A DNA stretch of 64,000 nt from Octopus sinensis (lineage: Eukaryota), in NCBI RefSeq assembly GCF_006345805.1, contig NC_043004.1:12152001-12216000 (forward strand). Direction: 5' to 3'. The notes under the pieces are model-generated. The model did not search any database. It saw only the letters and a program-made list of their open reading frames with translations, and was not told the DNA's origin. The translations under genes were made by a program, and so were the position numbers. Every line of letters begins with the position of its first letter. Positions within the stretch are counted from its first letter, which is position 1. This document shows positions 63,943 through 64,000 of the stretch, in pieces.

Positions 63943-64000
63943 GTAAGTAACAGCTTAGGAAGTTATTTTAGTTTTAATGAAATAGCATATATATATATAT

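Larger units (their letters stand above)
62445..64000 (+). repeat. Direct duplication, 619 bp (62445-63063 and 63382-64000), offset 937 bp
   Basis: Constant 937-bp offset at every anchor I checked, including microsatellite and poly-T lengths; second copy runs to the window end. Confidence 0.95.

Overview
AT-rich, repeat-saturated eukaryotic DNA. The SINE families and the density of (TA)n/(CA)n/(GATA)n/(CAT)n tracts match my recollection of Octopus (coleoid cephalopod) genomes; this is inferred from repeat content, not from a search. I could not identify any complete host gene, so the window reads as intronic or intergenic. Content: at least five SINE-like families (my labels A-F), 3' fragments of CR1-, CR1/L2-group-, RTE- and Ingi/Vingi-type LINEs, Tc1/mariner-, piggyBac- and hAT-type MITEs, and Penelope-like non-autonomous elements. 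Nearly all long ORFs in the track are microsatellite artefacts. Most interesting signals: (1) minimal type-I hammerhead ribozyme folds in four different Penelope-like families, one with the compensatory U3-A8 core (31954-32001); (2) twin 80-nt pre-miRNA-like hairpins inside a larger fold-back (54593-54904) that differ only at unpaired positions; (3) a covarying 3' stem-loop linking the main SINE to its likely partner LINE; (4) a textbook recursive-splice-site motif (13885-13912); (5) a 10-nt minus-strand microexon candidate whose acceptor is a 59-bp copy of the next acceptor; (6) an apparently identical 937-bp-offset duplication carrying a 42-nt in-frame microexon candidate. All exon, promoter and RNA-function calls are unverified predictions.
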